Sequence record: MN850574.1
From: Escherichia phage kaaroe
DNA: 64,000 nt
Direction: 5' to 3' (one strand)
The number at the start of each line of letters is the position of its first letter. Positions within the stretch are counted from its first letter, which is position 1. Both the position numbers and the translations under genes were made by a program. Positions 25,644 to 33,838 of the stretch are shown here, one piece after another. The notes under the pieces are model-generated. The model was not told where the DNA came from and searched no databases. It saw nothing but the letters and a program-made list of their open reading frames with translations.

Positions 25644-26239
25644 TGGCGCAATTATATTTCTACTATGCATCTATGAACGCTGGCAAATCAACTTCTCTGT
25701 TACAAAGTGCTTATAACTATACCGAACGTGATATGCGAGTATTAATTCTTAAGCCAGCGATTGATAATCGAGATTCAGAAAGTGAAGTTGTTTCCCGAAT
25801 TGGTCTAAGTGCTCCAGCGATCACCTTCACTGAATCGGATGATCTTTTCGACTTGGTTTATCGTGAATCGTTAGGTAAGCGTAGACCAGATCGCTGGCGT
25901 CCTGATGCTGTATTTGTAGATGAAGCCCAATTTATGACTAAAGAGCATGTTTTAGGCTTGTGTGCGCTTGTTGATGATGCAAATATCCCTGTACTGTGCT
26001 ATGGCCTTCGCACTGACTTTCAGGGCAATCTATTTGAAGGATCTGCGGCATTGATGGCATTTGCTGATAAACTGGTCGAAATGAAGGGTATTTGTCATTG
26101 TGGCAAGAAAGCAACAATGGTCCTTCGTGTAGATAAAGAGGGTAATGTTATTCGCGATGGTGCTCAAATCGAAGTTGGTGCAGAGGATAAATATGTTTCT
26201 GTGTGCCGTAAACATTTTATTGATGGCACTACCAACTAA
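25643..26239 (+). CDS. tk: thymidine kinase
   Basis: 198 aa; P-loop ASMNAGKST, VDEAQF, CxxC...CxxH zinc motif; similar to T4 Tk. Confidence 0.85.
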   Translation: MAQLYFYYASMNAGKSTSLLQSAYNYTERDMRVLILKPAIDNRDSESEVVSRIGLSAPAITFTESDDLFDLVYRESLGKRRPDRWRPDAVFVDEAQFMTKEHVLGLCALVDDANIPVLCYGLRTDFQGNLFEGSAALMAFADKLVEMKGICHCGKKATMVLRVDKEGNVIRDGAQIEVGAEDKYVSVCRKHFIDGTTN

Positions 26240-26258
26240 GAGTTAATCATAAATAAAG

Positions 26259-26298
26259 CCCCAGATTATAAATATAACTGAATATTTTAAATCTGGGG
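26259..26298 (+). promoter_or_regulatory. stem-loop (9-bp stem) enclosing an exact late promoter box TATAAATA
   Basis: ccccagatt...aatctgggg inverted repeat; TATAAATA at 26267-26274; 34 nt upstream of ATG 26308. Confidence 0.4.
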
Positions 26299-26307
26299 GA
26301 ATGACTT

Positions 26308-26610
26308 ATGTCATTTATTCGTAAAACTCTAACAGCGGCAATATGCTTGACTGCGGTCGGAAGTGTCAGTGCTGATCAATATGATCCAACTGGTGACTTT
26401 ACTGATTATTTCGACGGTGCAATGATAGTATATGTAAACAAAATATCTCCTTCCATTGAAACCAGCCAGAAATTTCATGCCCATATTATGAAGATGTATG
26501 CTCGTAGTAAATGTATGGATTCTAAGCAGTGTTTTATTATGGGGGAATATGCCGCACAACAGTTTGTTATGTTGCATAATATGGAGAATAGAGAACATGA
26601 AATTCATTGA
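26308..26610 (+). CDS. secreted hypothetical protein (100 aa)
   Basis: Signal peptide MSFIRKTLTAAICLTAVGSVSA. Confidence 0.55.
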   Translation: MSFIRKTLTAAICLTAVGSVSADQYDPTGDFTDYFDGAMIVYVNKISPSIETSQKFHAHIMKMYARSKCMDSKQCFIMGEYAAQQFVMLHNMENREHEIH

Positions 26611-26995
26611 TTTTCTAAAGACGTCCGAAGAGGGGAAAGCTAATAAAGTTGACCGCTTTATCGGTGAATGTCTGATGAGTGTTACTTATATGCATTCTGC
26701 GCATTTTGGGGTAACTGGTCCTAGATCTTATGCAAAACATAAGGCTCTAGAAGAGTTCTATCTTGAAATGCAAGAATTGGTTGATGATTTCACTGAAACC
26801 AATATTGGGATCACTGGTCGTTATCAGCCAACGTTGGTCGTCCGCAAGGAGATTAGCGAAATTGCCTATTTGCAAGAGTTAACGCAAATGGCTAGTGAGA
26901 TTTATAATGATGTTGATAGCTCGTTACAGAGCGTTTTAGACGATATCAAAGCTCTATGTTTTAAAACAATTTATAAACTCACTCGACTGTCTTAA
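26597..26995 (+). CDS. hypothetical protein (132 aa), weak ferritin/Dps-like helix pattern
   Basis: ATG at 26597 (track ORF begins 26498); pattern YMHSAHFGVTG...LEEFYLE unverified. Confidence 0.5.
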   Translation: MKFIDFLKTSEEGKANKVDRFIGECLMSVTYMHSAHFGVTGPRSYAKHKALEEFYLEMQELVDDFTETNIGITGRYQPTLVVRKEISEIAYLQELTQMASEIYNDVDSSLQSVLDDIKALCFKTIYKLTRLS

Positions 26996-27229
26996 TGTTA
27001 GTCACCGTGGGATGCATACCAGAAGTAAAAGAATACTAGCATTAACACAACTATTTGGCTTCCTCATACTTTCGCGTGTTCAATTACTGCCGAATCGGAA
27101 GACCCGTCTAAGACGAGGAAGGGTTATCATTGGAAAGGGATGGTGAATTGGTTACTATGTTTAACTAGTTTAGCAAAGGTCGATTCAAACACTACTATAC
27201 AAATGGACGTGAATAAAATATAATCAAAA

Positions 27230-27258
27230 GCCATCCGAAAGGGTGGCTTTTTCGTTTT
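27230..27258 (+). terminator. intrinsic terminator (GAAA tetraloop, conserved family)
   Basis: gccatcc-gaaa-gggtggc hairpin then TTTTTCGTTTTT. Confidence 0.7.
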
Positions 27259-27264
27259 TAGGTG

Positions 27265-27293
27265 TTGACAACCGGAATAGGGTATATCATAAT
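27265..27293 (+). promoter_or_regulatory. early promoter TTGACA-17-CATAAT
   Basis: -35 27265-27270, -10 27288-27293, leader GCACACATCGACAAC. Confidence 0.65.
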
Positions 27294-27322
27294 GCACACA
27301 TCGACAACAAAGGAGAATCAAA

Positions 27323-27478
27323 ATGATTAATCCAGTAGCCGCAGCACTTGCTTCCGAAGAAACTTTGAAGTATATGGTAGAACATGCAGCAAAGAAAGGA
27401 GAAATTGTTGCTGCCGATGAGATCGTAGAAACCATGCTCCGCGATCCGAAGGGTAACACCGCAAAGTTTTTTCGGTGA
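27323..27478 (+). CDS. small protein (51 aa)
   Basis: ATG behind promoter with AAAGGAGAATCAAA RBS; below track cutoff. Confidence 0.45.
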   Translation: MINPVAAALASEETLKYMVEHAAKKGEIVAADEIVETMLRDPKGNTAKFFR

Positions 27479-27522
27479 TCATCTTAAACTGGCTTACAAA
27501 ACCATTATGGAGACCGTGAAGA

Positions 27523-27861
27523 ATGCAAAATGATGTGATTGAAATTATTATGAATCAATACCGAAACCGGATTTGGTCTGGACGTATCAAAGAAGAAAAG
27601 GCAAAACGGATCATCGAAAAATATGCTGAAAAGACTAAGCAAGCGCCAACGGCTAACAGAGTTATGATTCTTAAATGTCTGGTGCTTTCCGGTGACGATA
27701 TGCCTATTGATGCAGAGACAGCCACCGATTTTCATAAGACCTATCGCCAGTGTGATGTAATTTTTACTTCTGGCTTCGGTAGTTATGACTCTATTATGTG
27801 GAATTTAATGCACCTTGACTCAACGATCTGGGATGTGCTTTCAGAGGAGGGTTACAAATGA
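27523..27861 (+). CDS. hypothetical protein (112 aa)
   Basis: ORF with RBS. Confidence 0.5.
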   Translation: MQNDVIEIIMNQYRNRIWSGRIKEEKAKRIIEKYAEKTKQAPTANRVMILKCLVLSGDDMPIDAETATDFHKTYRQCDVIFTSGFGSYDSIMWNLMHLDSTIWDVLSEEGYK

Positions 27862-28208
27862 ACATTGACATTCAACGACTAATTGATCACCTTCATGCGG
27901 GAATACCTTATCATGGCGACGTTACCCGCGATATTCTTGATGTGTTGGAATATACCCAGCAAGTGATCAACGAAAAGCAAGCATTAGAATCACGGATCGA
28001 CGAGGCAATAGGAAATATTGCAACCGAAGATGAATTAGATAATCACTTTGGACCTGTTCTTGATGCTCTTATGGCTGCGCGTGATACCAAACTGAAACAG
28101 GATAAACAAGAATTTATCCTTGATGGTTTAGCTCGTTATCACAATGCAATTGATATTATGAATAACCAGCATGATTATGCTATTAGTATTTTGCGAGGTC
28201 TGGCATGA
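27858..28208 (+). CDS. hypothetical protein (116 aa)
   Basis: ORF with GGAGGG RBS; start overlaps upstream stop. Confidence 0.5.
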   Translation: MNIDIQRLIDHLHAGIPYHGDVTRDILDVLEYTQQVINEKQALESRIDEAIGNIATEDELDNHFGPVLDALMAARDTKLKQDKQEFILDGLARYHNAIDIMNNQHDYAISILRGLA

Positions 28209-28489
28209 AAGACACAAACGAATTTAACGGTATTAAGGTAAGCCCGAATTTTATTGTTCCATCACTGGTGACTAAGCTGAATGGTCATATGGTCGCTTTG
28301 TCTTCCACACCGCCAGAATCAGGAAAGTTTATCACTATCGTAGTTTATGCGGGGCAAATTTTCTCTCATGATTGCTGCATGAAAAATGGTCAGTTGATGG
28401 TTGCAAATTATGACTATGGAGACCTTGAATGGGAAGTTTTAGATCTGGCTAAAAGTGCTGAAATTCTGGGCTATATTCGATTAGTTTAA
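28205..28489 (+). CDS. hypothetical protein (94 aa)
   Basis: ORF overlapping upstream stop. Confidence 0.5.
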   Translation: MKDTNEFNGIKVSPNFIVPSLVTKLNGHMVALSSTPPESGKFITIVVYAGQIFSHDCCMKNGQLMVANYDYGDLEWEVLDLAKSAEILGYIRLV

Positions 28490-28506
28490 AAATTTCTTAG
28501 AAAGTG

Positions 28507-28535
28507 TTGACAGCGATCCGGTGTTATTGCATAAT
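28507..28535 (+). promoter_or_regulatory. early promoter TTGACA-17-CATAAT (PeSL-like)
   Basis: -35 28507-28512, -10 28530-28535, leader ACACCCATCGAAACGAGATACAC. Confidence 0.65.
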
Positions 28536-28576
28536 ACACCCATCGAAACGAGATACACTTTCTAGGAGAATCAAAA

Positions 28577-28798
28577 ATGGCAACTGTTAAAATTATCAAA
28601 TCTTCCGCTGGTTTCGGTTTCATGCGTGGCGCTAAGTACCCGATGATTATTGAAAACGTTGCCATCGAAGATGGTATGGCTAAAGTAACCAGCCGTCAAT
28701 TGTTCGAAGCGGGTGTTAAAACTGCTGAATCATGGGCGCTTCGCTATCCTAACAAAACATGGTCTTTCTTCCTGGATGGTGAAGCAGAGGTCATCTAA
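28577..28798 (+). CDS. hypothetical abundant early protein (73 aa), KIEIID-family relative
   Basis: VKIIKSSAGFGFMRGAKYPMIIENV resembles 30924/31140 paralogs; biased codon usage. Confidence 0.6.
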   Translation: MATVKIIKSSAGFGFMRGAKYPMIIENVAIEDGMAKVTSRQLFEAGVKTAESWALRYPNKTWSFFLDGEAEVI

Positions 28799-28816
28799 GT
28801 AATATTATCAATCAAT

Positions 28817-28840
28817 GCCCCTTAATTGGGGCTTTTCTTG
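28817..28840 (+). terminator. intrinsic terminator
   Basis: gcccc-ttaatt-ggggc hairpin then TTTTCTTG. Confidence 0.55.
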
Positions 28841-28852
28841 TGAGGAAATTTT

Positions 28853-29638
28853 ATGGCAATATCTTCTGGATGGGTAGGATCATCTGCTGTGTCCGAGACT
28901 GGTCAACGGTGGATGAGCGCCGCAATGCAAGCTGTACGCTTAGGTCGTCCGGCGTATATGTCGGCAATGGTCGGACGCTCTAAAGAGATTCATTATAGCA
29001 TTGGTGCTAGTAACTCTTACAATAAAGACACTCTTATTAACTGGATGAAAGCACAAGGATCTACTCCGGTAGTAATTACTATCACGGGTAATATTGTTTC
29101 CCAATCTACTGGCGTTCCTTGTCTTGATTTCCCTAGCTCACTGACAAACGAATATGTAACACTCATTATTAACTCTGGTGTTCATGTATTAGGTCGTGGA
29201 GGAAATGGCGGAAGTAACTCTGCTGGTGGAGCAGGAGGAAATGCAATAAATAACGGAATTGGAACTCGTTTAAGAATAAACAATAATGGTATTATTGGTG
29301 GTGGCGGTGGTGGCGGTGCTGGTGCTAGATACAATCCTTTCCCTCAAATGGATATGAAATTTGGCGGCGGTGGAGGCCGTCCATTTGGTGCTGCGGGTGC
29401 GGCAGGAGGCGGCGCAGCGGCAGCATCTGCTGGTACAATTTCTGCCCCAGGTAAAGGCACTGTTTCTGGGGTTCATTATGGAGGAGATGGTGGAGATTTG
29501 GGAGCTGCTGGCAAATCTTCATATATTAAAGGTGGTACTGGTGGAACTGTTCACTCGGGTGGTGCTGCGGGTAAAGCTGTTACTGGTAATGCCCCTCGCT
29601 GGGATAAAGTAGGCACGATCTACGGTGCTCGCGTGTAA
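28853..29638 (+). CDS. glycine-rich protein resembling gp38-type tail-fibre adhesin
   Basis: 261 aa; N-terminus GSSAVSETGQRWMS and GRGGNGGSNSAGGAGG plus poly-Gly tracts resemble remembered T2-type gp38. Confidence 0.5.
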   Translation: MAISSGWVGSSAVSETGQRWMSAAMQAVRLGRPAYMSAMVGRSKEIHYSIGASNSYNKDTLINWMKAQGSTPVVITITGNIVSQSTGVPCLDFPSSLTNEYVTLIINSGVHVLGRGGNGGSNSAGGAGGNAINNGIGTRLRINNNGIIGGGGGGGAGARYNPFPQMDMKFGGGGGRPFGAAGAAGGGAAAASAGTISAPGKGTVSGVHYGGDGGDLGAAGKSSYIKGGTGGTVHSGGAAGKAVTGNAPRWDKVGTIYGARV

Positions 29639-29645
29639 TTTTATG

Positions 29646-29677
29646 GGCTATCCTTCGGGGTAGCCTTTTTTGTTTTT
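29646..29677 (+). terminator. intrinsic terminator (UUCG tetraloop)
   Basis: ggctatcc-ttcg-gggtagcc hairpin then TTTTTTGTTTTT. Confidence 0.7.
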
Positions 29678-29682
29678 GGGTG

Positions 29683-29710
29683 TTGACAAAGATAATCACA
29701 ATGCTATAAT
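29683..29710 (+). promoter_or_regulatory. early promoter TTGACA-16-TATAAT
   Basis: -35 29683-29688, -10 29705-29710. Confidence 0.65.
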
Positions 29711-29739
29711 GCACGCATACCAACTAAGGAGAATCAAAG

Positions 29740-30030
29740 ATGACCACTGAACAATTAATCAAGCATATCCGAAACATCATCTGGGATCTGTCTGGTGATA
29801 AAGAGGAACAAGCTGAACGCATTTTGGCTAAACTCTATAAGCGCCGTGACCGTGGATTATCAGCAAAGAAAGTAGAAACTTTCAAAGAGTTATCTTTCAT
29901 CGAAGCTAAAAAGGATGGATTAATTTATCAGTTGACAGATGGTTATTGGTGCTATGATAATACTCGCTATGACACCGCGACCGATGCATTAAAAGCATGT
30001 AATGACCATCTTCGCAAAACTACAATTTGA
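29740..30030 (+). CDS. hypothetical protein (96 aa)
   Basis: ORF behind promoter, AAGGAGAATCAAAG RBS. Confidence 0.55.
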   Translation: MTTEQLIKHIRNIIWDLSGDKEEQAERILAKLYKRRDRGLSAKKVETFKELSFIEAKKDGLIYQLTDGYWCYDNTRYDTATDALKACNDHLRKTTI

Positions 30031-30040
30031 GGATTATATT

Positions 30041-30238
30041 ATGAAGGTTAAAACATTGGCTGATATGGATGAGATCGAGACTCAAGTACATGCGGCGCTA
30101 GTCGGTTATGAGTTCGGGCGATTCCTTAATAAGTTCCATGATTATAAATGCTTAAATTGTGGTGCTCATAACGTAATTGGTGCTTGCTGTATTAATCCTG
30201 TTATAGTACCATATAAAAGAAATGAAACAGAAGAGTGA
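30041..30238 (+). CDS. small Cys-rich protein (65 aa)
   Basis: ATG with GAGGATTATATTATG RBS; CLNCGAHNVIGACC. Confidence 0.5.
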   Translation: MKVKTLADMDEIETQVHAALVGYEFGRFLNKFHDYKCLNCGAHNVIGACCINPVIVPYKRNETEE

Positions 30239-30248
30239 GGAATATAGA

Positions 30249-30683
30249 ATGAAAAAGTTGATGGCGACCTTTCATGATATGCGAGATCTACCAGGTTTAG
30301 CACATGTCGATTTTCCTGTTACTATGGAAGTGTCGGAATATGACGGTTATCATGATATTCTGTTTATTAAAAACACTGAGTTTATCCGCTTAGGCGCTAA
30401 ACCTGCTGTACTATACCCAGAAGGAAACCGGACAGCGGTCAGAAAAACAAATTCTGTTAAATTGGCATTTAGTTCAGATGTTGGCTTGGAACCCGCTTTC
30501 GGATATACTCCGGTCGAGATCACAAAATCGAATACTTCTTTCGTGAAAGTTGGAGAGAAAACGCATATTTCAACTATGCCGAACGGTGCACAATATCTAT
30601 GGTCCGATTTCTGCCAGCGTTATGAGCGTTTATCATGGGCTACCCGCTTATGGTGTGTTGAGTATAAGGAGATCACAAAATGA
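30249..30683 (+). CDS. hypothetical protein (144 aa)
   Basis: ATG at 30249 with GAGGAATATAGA RBS (track ORF begins 30222). Confidence 0.5.
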   Translation: MKKLMATFHDMRDLPGLAHVDFPVTMEVSEYDGYHDILFIKNTEFIRLGAKPAVLYPEGNRTAVRKTNSVKLAFSSDVGLEPAFGYTPVEITKSNTSFVKVGEKTHISTMPNGAQYLWSDFCQRYERLSWATRLWCVEYKEITK

Positions 30684-30934
30684 TCACCGGATATATTCCA
30701 TATTCAACGACAAAACACATTATCGGATTCGAAGACATAGAAAAGTCTTGCTTTCCTCTCAAGGTTGAAGTAGACTTTATTACAGCGAACGGATGGGCTT
30801 ACGTCACTGTTTCAGAAATGAAGCGCGTAGGGTGGGAAAACTGCATACACCTACCGCATCTTATCCTAGATGTTCGCGCTGGTGAAATTGATATTGCTGG
30901 AAAGATCTATGGAGACAATGTAAATGAAAATTGA
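30680..30934 (+). CDS. hypothetical protein (84 aa)
   Basis: ORF overlapping upstream stop. Confidence 0.5.
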   Translation: MITGYIPYSTTKHIIGFEDIEKSCFPLKVEVDFITANGWAYVTVSEMKRVGWENCIHLPHLILDVRAGEIDIAGKIYGDNVNEN

Positions 30935-31121
30935 AATTATTGATGACGGTGGATTTTCTTTCATGAATGGCGTTAAACTTCCTATCATCGTGGAAGGTCG
31001 TCGTTATGGGCTTGATTATCTTGTAGAAACGCAGGAACTACAAAAAGCTGGCGTACCAATTAAAGGTTATTTTCCTGAATATGAATGGTGTTTTCGTGCA
31101 AATGAAGCCTGGGCGGTATAA
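30924..31121 (+). CDS. KIEIID-family small protein, paralog A
   Basis: MKIEIIDDGGFSFMNGVKLPIIVEG...YEWCF. Confidence 0.5.
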   Translation: MKIEIIDDGGFSFMNGVKLPIIVEGRRYGLDYLVETQELQKAGVPIKGYFPEYEWCFRANEAWAV

Positions 31122-31139
31122 CTAATTGAGGATTATATT

Positions 31140-31397
31140 ATGAAGATTGAAATTATTGACCGTGCTGGGTATACTTTCATGGAAAAAGTTAAACTTCCTA
31201 TCATTGTTGAAGGTCGCCCATTATGTCAAGGATTCATGATAAAGACCAGAGAACTACGAAATGCGGGTGTTCCTGTTGAATCATGTTTCAGTGATGATTA
31301 TGAATGGTGTTTCAGTGGTTTACGTGCACATAAAGTAAAAGAAGCACGAAAAGCATCATGGTTTGCTAGCTTTAATAACTGGTTGAGGAAACTGTGA
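31140..31397 (+). CDS. KIEIID-family small protein, paralog B
   Basis: MKIEIIDRAGYTFMEKVKLPIIVEG...YEWCF; tandem with 30924. Confidence 0.55.
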   Translation: MKIEIIDRAGYTFMEKVKLPIIVEGRPLCQGFMIKTRELRNAGVPVESCFSDDYEWCFSGLRAHKVKEARKASWFASFNNWLRKL

Positions 31398-31735
31398 TGT
31401 GTGAAATGAAAAAGTATATGATTCTAAGTGATTCAGGATACACCTTCTTACAAGGTATTGATAGTGACTCGCGTCCTATTGTATATGGAAAAGAACATCC
31501 GACCATTCCTGAGATCATTCTTGTTACGACAACATCACTTCGTAGAGTGTCAGAAAGTCCATACCTACAAAACGTAAAGCAGGACCGAGAATGGGCTTTC
31601 GAGTTAGGTAAAGACCTTGTTGAATGGGTAAACTGTGAAGACAAGAACCAACGAAATCATGAAGGGAAGATTTCACGAATTGTACTGAGAGGAAAACTTG
31701 ATGAAATCAAAAACAGGATTCTACAATCAATGTAA
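31397..31735 (+). CDS. hypothetical protein (112 aa)
   Basis: ATG overlapping upstream stop (TGATG). Confidence 0.5.
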   Translation: MCEMKKYMILSDSGYTFLQGIDSDSRPIVYGKEHPTIPEIILVTTTSLRRVSESPYLQNVKQDREWAFELGKDLVEWVNCEDKNQRNHEGKISRIVLRGKLDEIKNRILQSM

Positions 31736-31955
31736 CAGGGTATTCATTGTCCTGCTGGATTCGGAAAACTATCCAGAACTCTCTAAAACGCGTTTTCCGT
31801 GCGTTGTTGAAGCACGCAAGGCATATGCACCAGATAAACAGTTTATAGTGTTAGCGAGCGAAATAGAGCGGTTAGGGGCGATTCCTAAACATGATGAATA
31901 TGTGTTTTGTAAGGCGTTCTCTGTGCCTCATTTTGGTGTAGAGTTAATTCACTAA
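31701..31955 (+). CDS. hypothetical protein (84 aa)
   Basis: ATG at 31701, overlaps upstream 3' end. Confidence 0.5.
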   Translation: MKSKTGFYNQCNRVFIVLLDSENYPELSKTRFPCVVEARKAYAPDKQFIVLASEIERLGAIPKHDEYVFCKAFSVPHFGVELIH

Positions 31956-31972
31956 AATCATAAAAAAAGTTG

Positions 31973-32001
31973 TTGACAGGGGATCGGTGATCCCCTATAC
32001 T
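31973..32001 (+). promoter_or_regulatory. early promoter with embedded inverted repeat (PeSL-like)
   Basis: TTGACA 31973-31978, -10 TATACT 31996-32001, IR GGGGATC-GGT-GATCCCC. Confidence 0.65.
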
Positions 32002-32043
32002 ACACACATCAAAACGAAACACACTTTCTTAAGGAGAATCAAA

Positions 32044-32322
32044 ATGAGCAACCTGTCTTTCGCTAAAGTAGAAATTTCTAAAACTCGCGGTGGCTTTAAA
32101 ATCAAAACTTCCAACATCACTTCCTGTCGTGGTTGCGTCCGGTTTGCGTTCGACTTGGCAGCGAAGCTGGGTATTAAAACCTTTACCGTTGAGAGCGGAT
32201 CTACCTGGACCACTCTGATTGTTACTGCCGCTTGGATCAATGGCGAGTATGTAGAAAAAGCATACTTTGACATTTTCTATGACTACGAAGAAAAATGCTT
32301 TTATGCACTGCAAGACATGTAA
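32044..32322 (+). CDS. hypothetical abundant early protein (92 aa)
   Basis: ATG behind promoter (track ORF begins 31987); biased codon usage. Confidence 0.6.
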   Translation: MSNLSFAKVEISKTRGGFKIKTSNITSCRGCVRFAFDLAAKLGIKTFTVESGSTWTTLIVTAAWINGEYVEKAYFDIFYDYEEKCFYALQDM

Positions 32323-32332
32323 GGAGGACAAT

Positions 32333-32641
32333 TTGACAACACAAGATATTGTTAATGTACTTTATATCTGGATTACTGGTGCAATGATCTCGTATCTAGT
32401 ATTCTGCTTGTATGCCAGATTCGACAAGGACACCAAAGAGGTCGATACAGGAGCATTTTGTATTGCTGCAATCGTCTGGCCTATAACGTGGACCGTGGTT
32501 GATATTGTTATGTGTTATAAGGGGCTGAAATGTTTTGGTTTGATGATTGCTGGTAAACCGGAAGCGAAGCCGCGCACGCATAAAGGATTCAGTCCAAAAC
32601 CAGTCGATGACGGTCGATATAAACCGGAAGAAGATTTTTAA
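32333..32641 (+). CDS. membrane protein; probable TTG start
   Basis: AAGGAGG RBS 5 nt before in-frame TTG 32333; alternative ATG at 32384. Confidence 0.4.
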   Translation: MTTQDIVNVLYIWITGAMISYLVFCLYARFDKDTKEVDTGAFCIAAIVWPITWTVVDIVMCYKGLKCFGLMIAGKPEAKPRTHKGFSPKPVDDGRYKPEEDF

Positions 32642-32648
32642 AAAACTG

Positions 32649-32677
32649 TTGACATGAAAATGCGGTTATCATATAAT
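32649..32677 (+). promoter_or_regulatory. early promoter TTGACA-17-TATAAT with IR
   Basis: -35 32649-32654, -10 32672-32677; IR TGCGGT...ACCGCA flanking -10. Confidence 0.65.
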
Positions 32678-32711
32678 GACCGCATCAAATGAACGATGTG
32701 AGGATTATATT

Positions 32712-33020
32712 ATGTTTATCTCTTCTGCTACTCCAGTTAAAGTTTACGGCGAAACTGTGTATCTTCCGGCTGGCTATCGCTATGTTATCGTTGACCGTCA
32801 CGGTGTAGTGTATGCTTTTAAAGGCCGTCCGGTTGAGATTGATTCTGAATACGGTACATGGGGATATAAAGCCGCATACATGGATATTCCTGATTTGGGA
32901 GTACGTTTAGGAAGATTTGATAATGATGTTAAACCATGCTTGATTAAGTATGCATCCTATGGTAAAACTGTTAAACCAAATAGCGTCGGCTGGATTGATA
33001 ACGGCGTTAACGTGAAATAA
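32712..33020 (+). CDS. hypothetical protein (102 aa)
   Basis: ATG with GAGGATTATATTATG RBS. Confidence 0.55.
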   Translation: MFISSATPVKVYGETVYLPAGYRYVIVDRHGVVYAFKGRPVEIDSEYGTWGYKAAYMDIPDLGVRLGRFDNDVKPCLIKYASYGKTVKPNSVGWIDNGVNVK

Positions 33021-33034
33021 TGTGAGGTGAATTT

Positions 33035-33328
33035 ATGCTGTCTACTAGTAAAATGGTTGTTGGTGTCGCTGAAAATGCTTTAGAAATCGCTGATGAGGCT
33101 TTGACCGTCGCTTATGTTCGACGTGAAGAATTGCTATTGAAACACGCGGATCTATTGGTTGAACGGAAAGAGACTATGAAAGCTGGTAAAAGCACGCTCG
33201 CTATTGCCATTAAACTATCTGATAGTGAAGATGAGATCGTGGAGATCCACACTAAGATCAAGGAAGTAGAAAAATACTCTGAAATGCTGCGACATAATCT
33301 TGATGAATTAGGGGTAAATCATGGCTAA
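33035..33328 (+). CDS. hypothetical protein (97 aa)
   Basis: ORF with GTGAGGTGA RBS. Confidence 0.5.
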   Translation: MLSTSKMVVGVAENALEIADEALTVAYVRREELLLKHADLLVERKETMKAGKSTLAIAIKLSDSEDEIVEIHTKIKEVEKYSEMLRHNLDELGVNHG

Positions 33329-33542
33329 GTTACGATCTGGACGAGTTTTAACGCTGGCTGAACTGAAAGAAAAAGGTTTAGACCCTGATTCTGTAGGTAT
33401 TAGACCTATTAATTACATTCTGTTTCTAGAGGGTAAACTCTTTACTAATGCTCATCCAGCATTAAATGCACCACATTTTTATAAGTGTAATGACTTTAAC
33501 GGTTATATCGTTCCAGAATATTTCTTAGAATTTGATGATTAG
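33321..33542 (+). CDS. hypothetical protein (73 aa)
   Basis: ORF overlapping upstream 3' end. Confidence 0.45.
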   Translation: MAKLRSGRVLTLAELKEKGLDPDSVGIRPINYILFLEGKLFTNAHPALNAPHFYKCNDFNGYIVPEYFLEFDD

Positions 33543-33828
33543 TATAAAACACTCACCGACCGGAAAGGGGTCGGTGATCTTCAATGATGATAAACCGTTA
33601 ATCTTAATTCGAAATGGTGACTGGACATTACATGATACCCGTGTTACTATCCATTCACCGCCTAAAGAGATTCAACGGGAATTGGTTAGGATCGCCCTAA
33701 CCGATAAGCATAAAGAGGCGGTAGGCTATTCTCTTTTGAAGTTGGGTGTTGACTTTCCTTTCGAGTATACGCTAACATTCAGAGAGCAGTCAGTGAAGCT
33801 AACAGAGATTCTATTCTCTGAGATATGA
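33535..33828 (+). CDS. hypothetical protein (97 aa)
   Basis: ATG at 33535 (track ORF begins at TTG 33532). Confidence 0.45.
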   Translation: MISIKHSPTGKGSVIFNDDKPLILIRNGDWTLHDTRVTIHSPPKEIQRELVRIALTDKHKEAVGYSLLKLGVDFPFEYTLTFREQSVKLTEILFSEI

Positions 33829-33838
33829 GGATTATATA

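Noticed and set aside
26996-27229. tRNA or group I intron remnant
   Set aside because: No cloverleaf and no conserved intron core elements recognisable by eye; would need a covariance-model search
27127-27459. Minus-strand ORF (110 aa)
   Set aside because: Overlaps a plus-strand terminator, a promoter and a small plus-strand gene with strong RBS; no start context on the minus strand
29270-29612. Three ORFs inside the glycine-rich gene
   Set aside because: GGN-rich codons keep alternative frames open; the gp38-like frame is the only one with a start context
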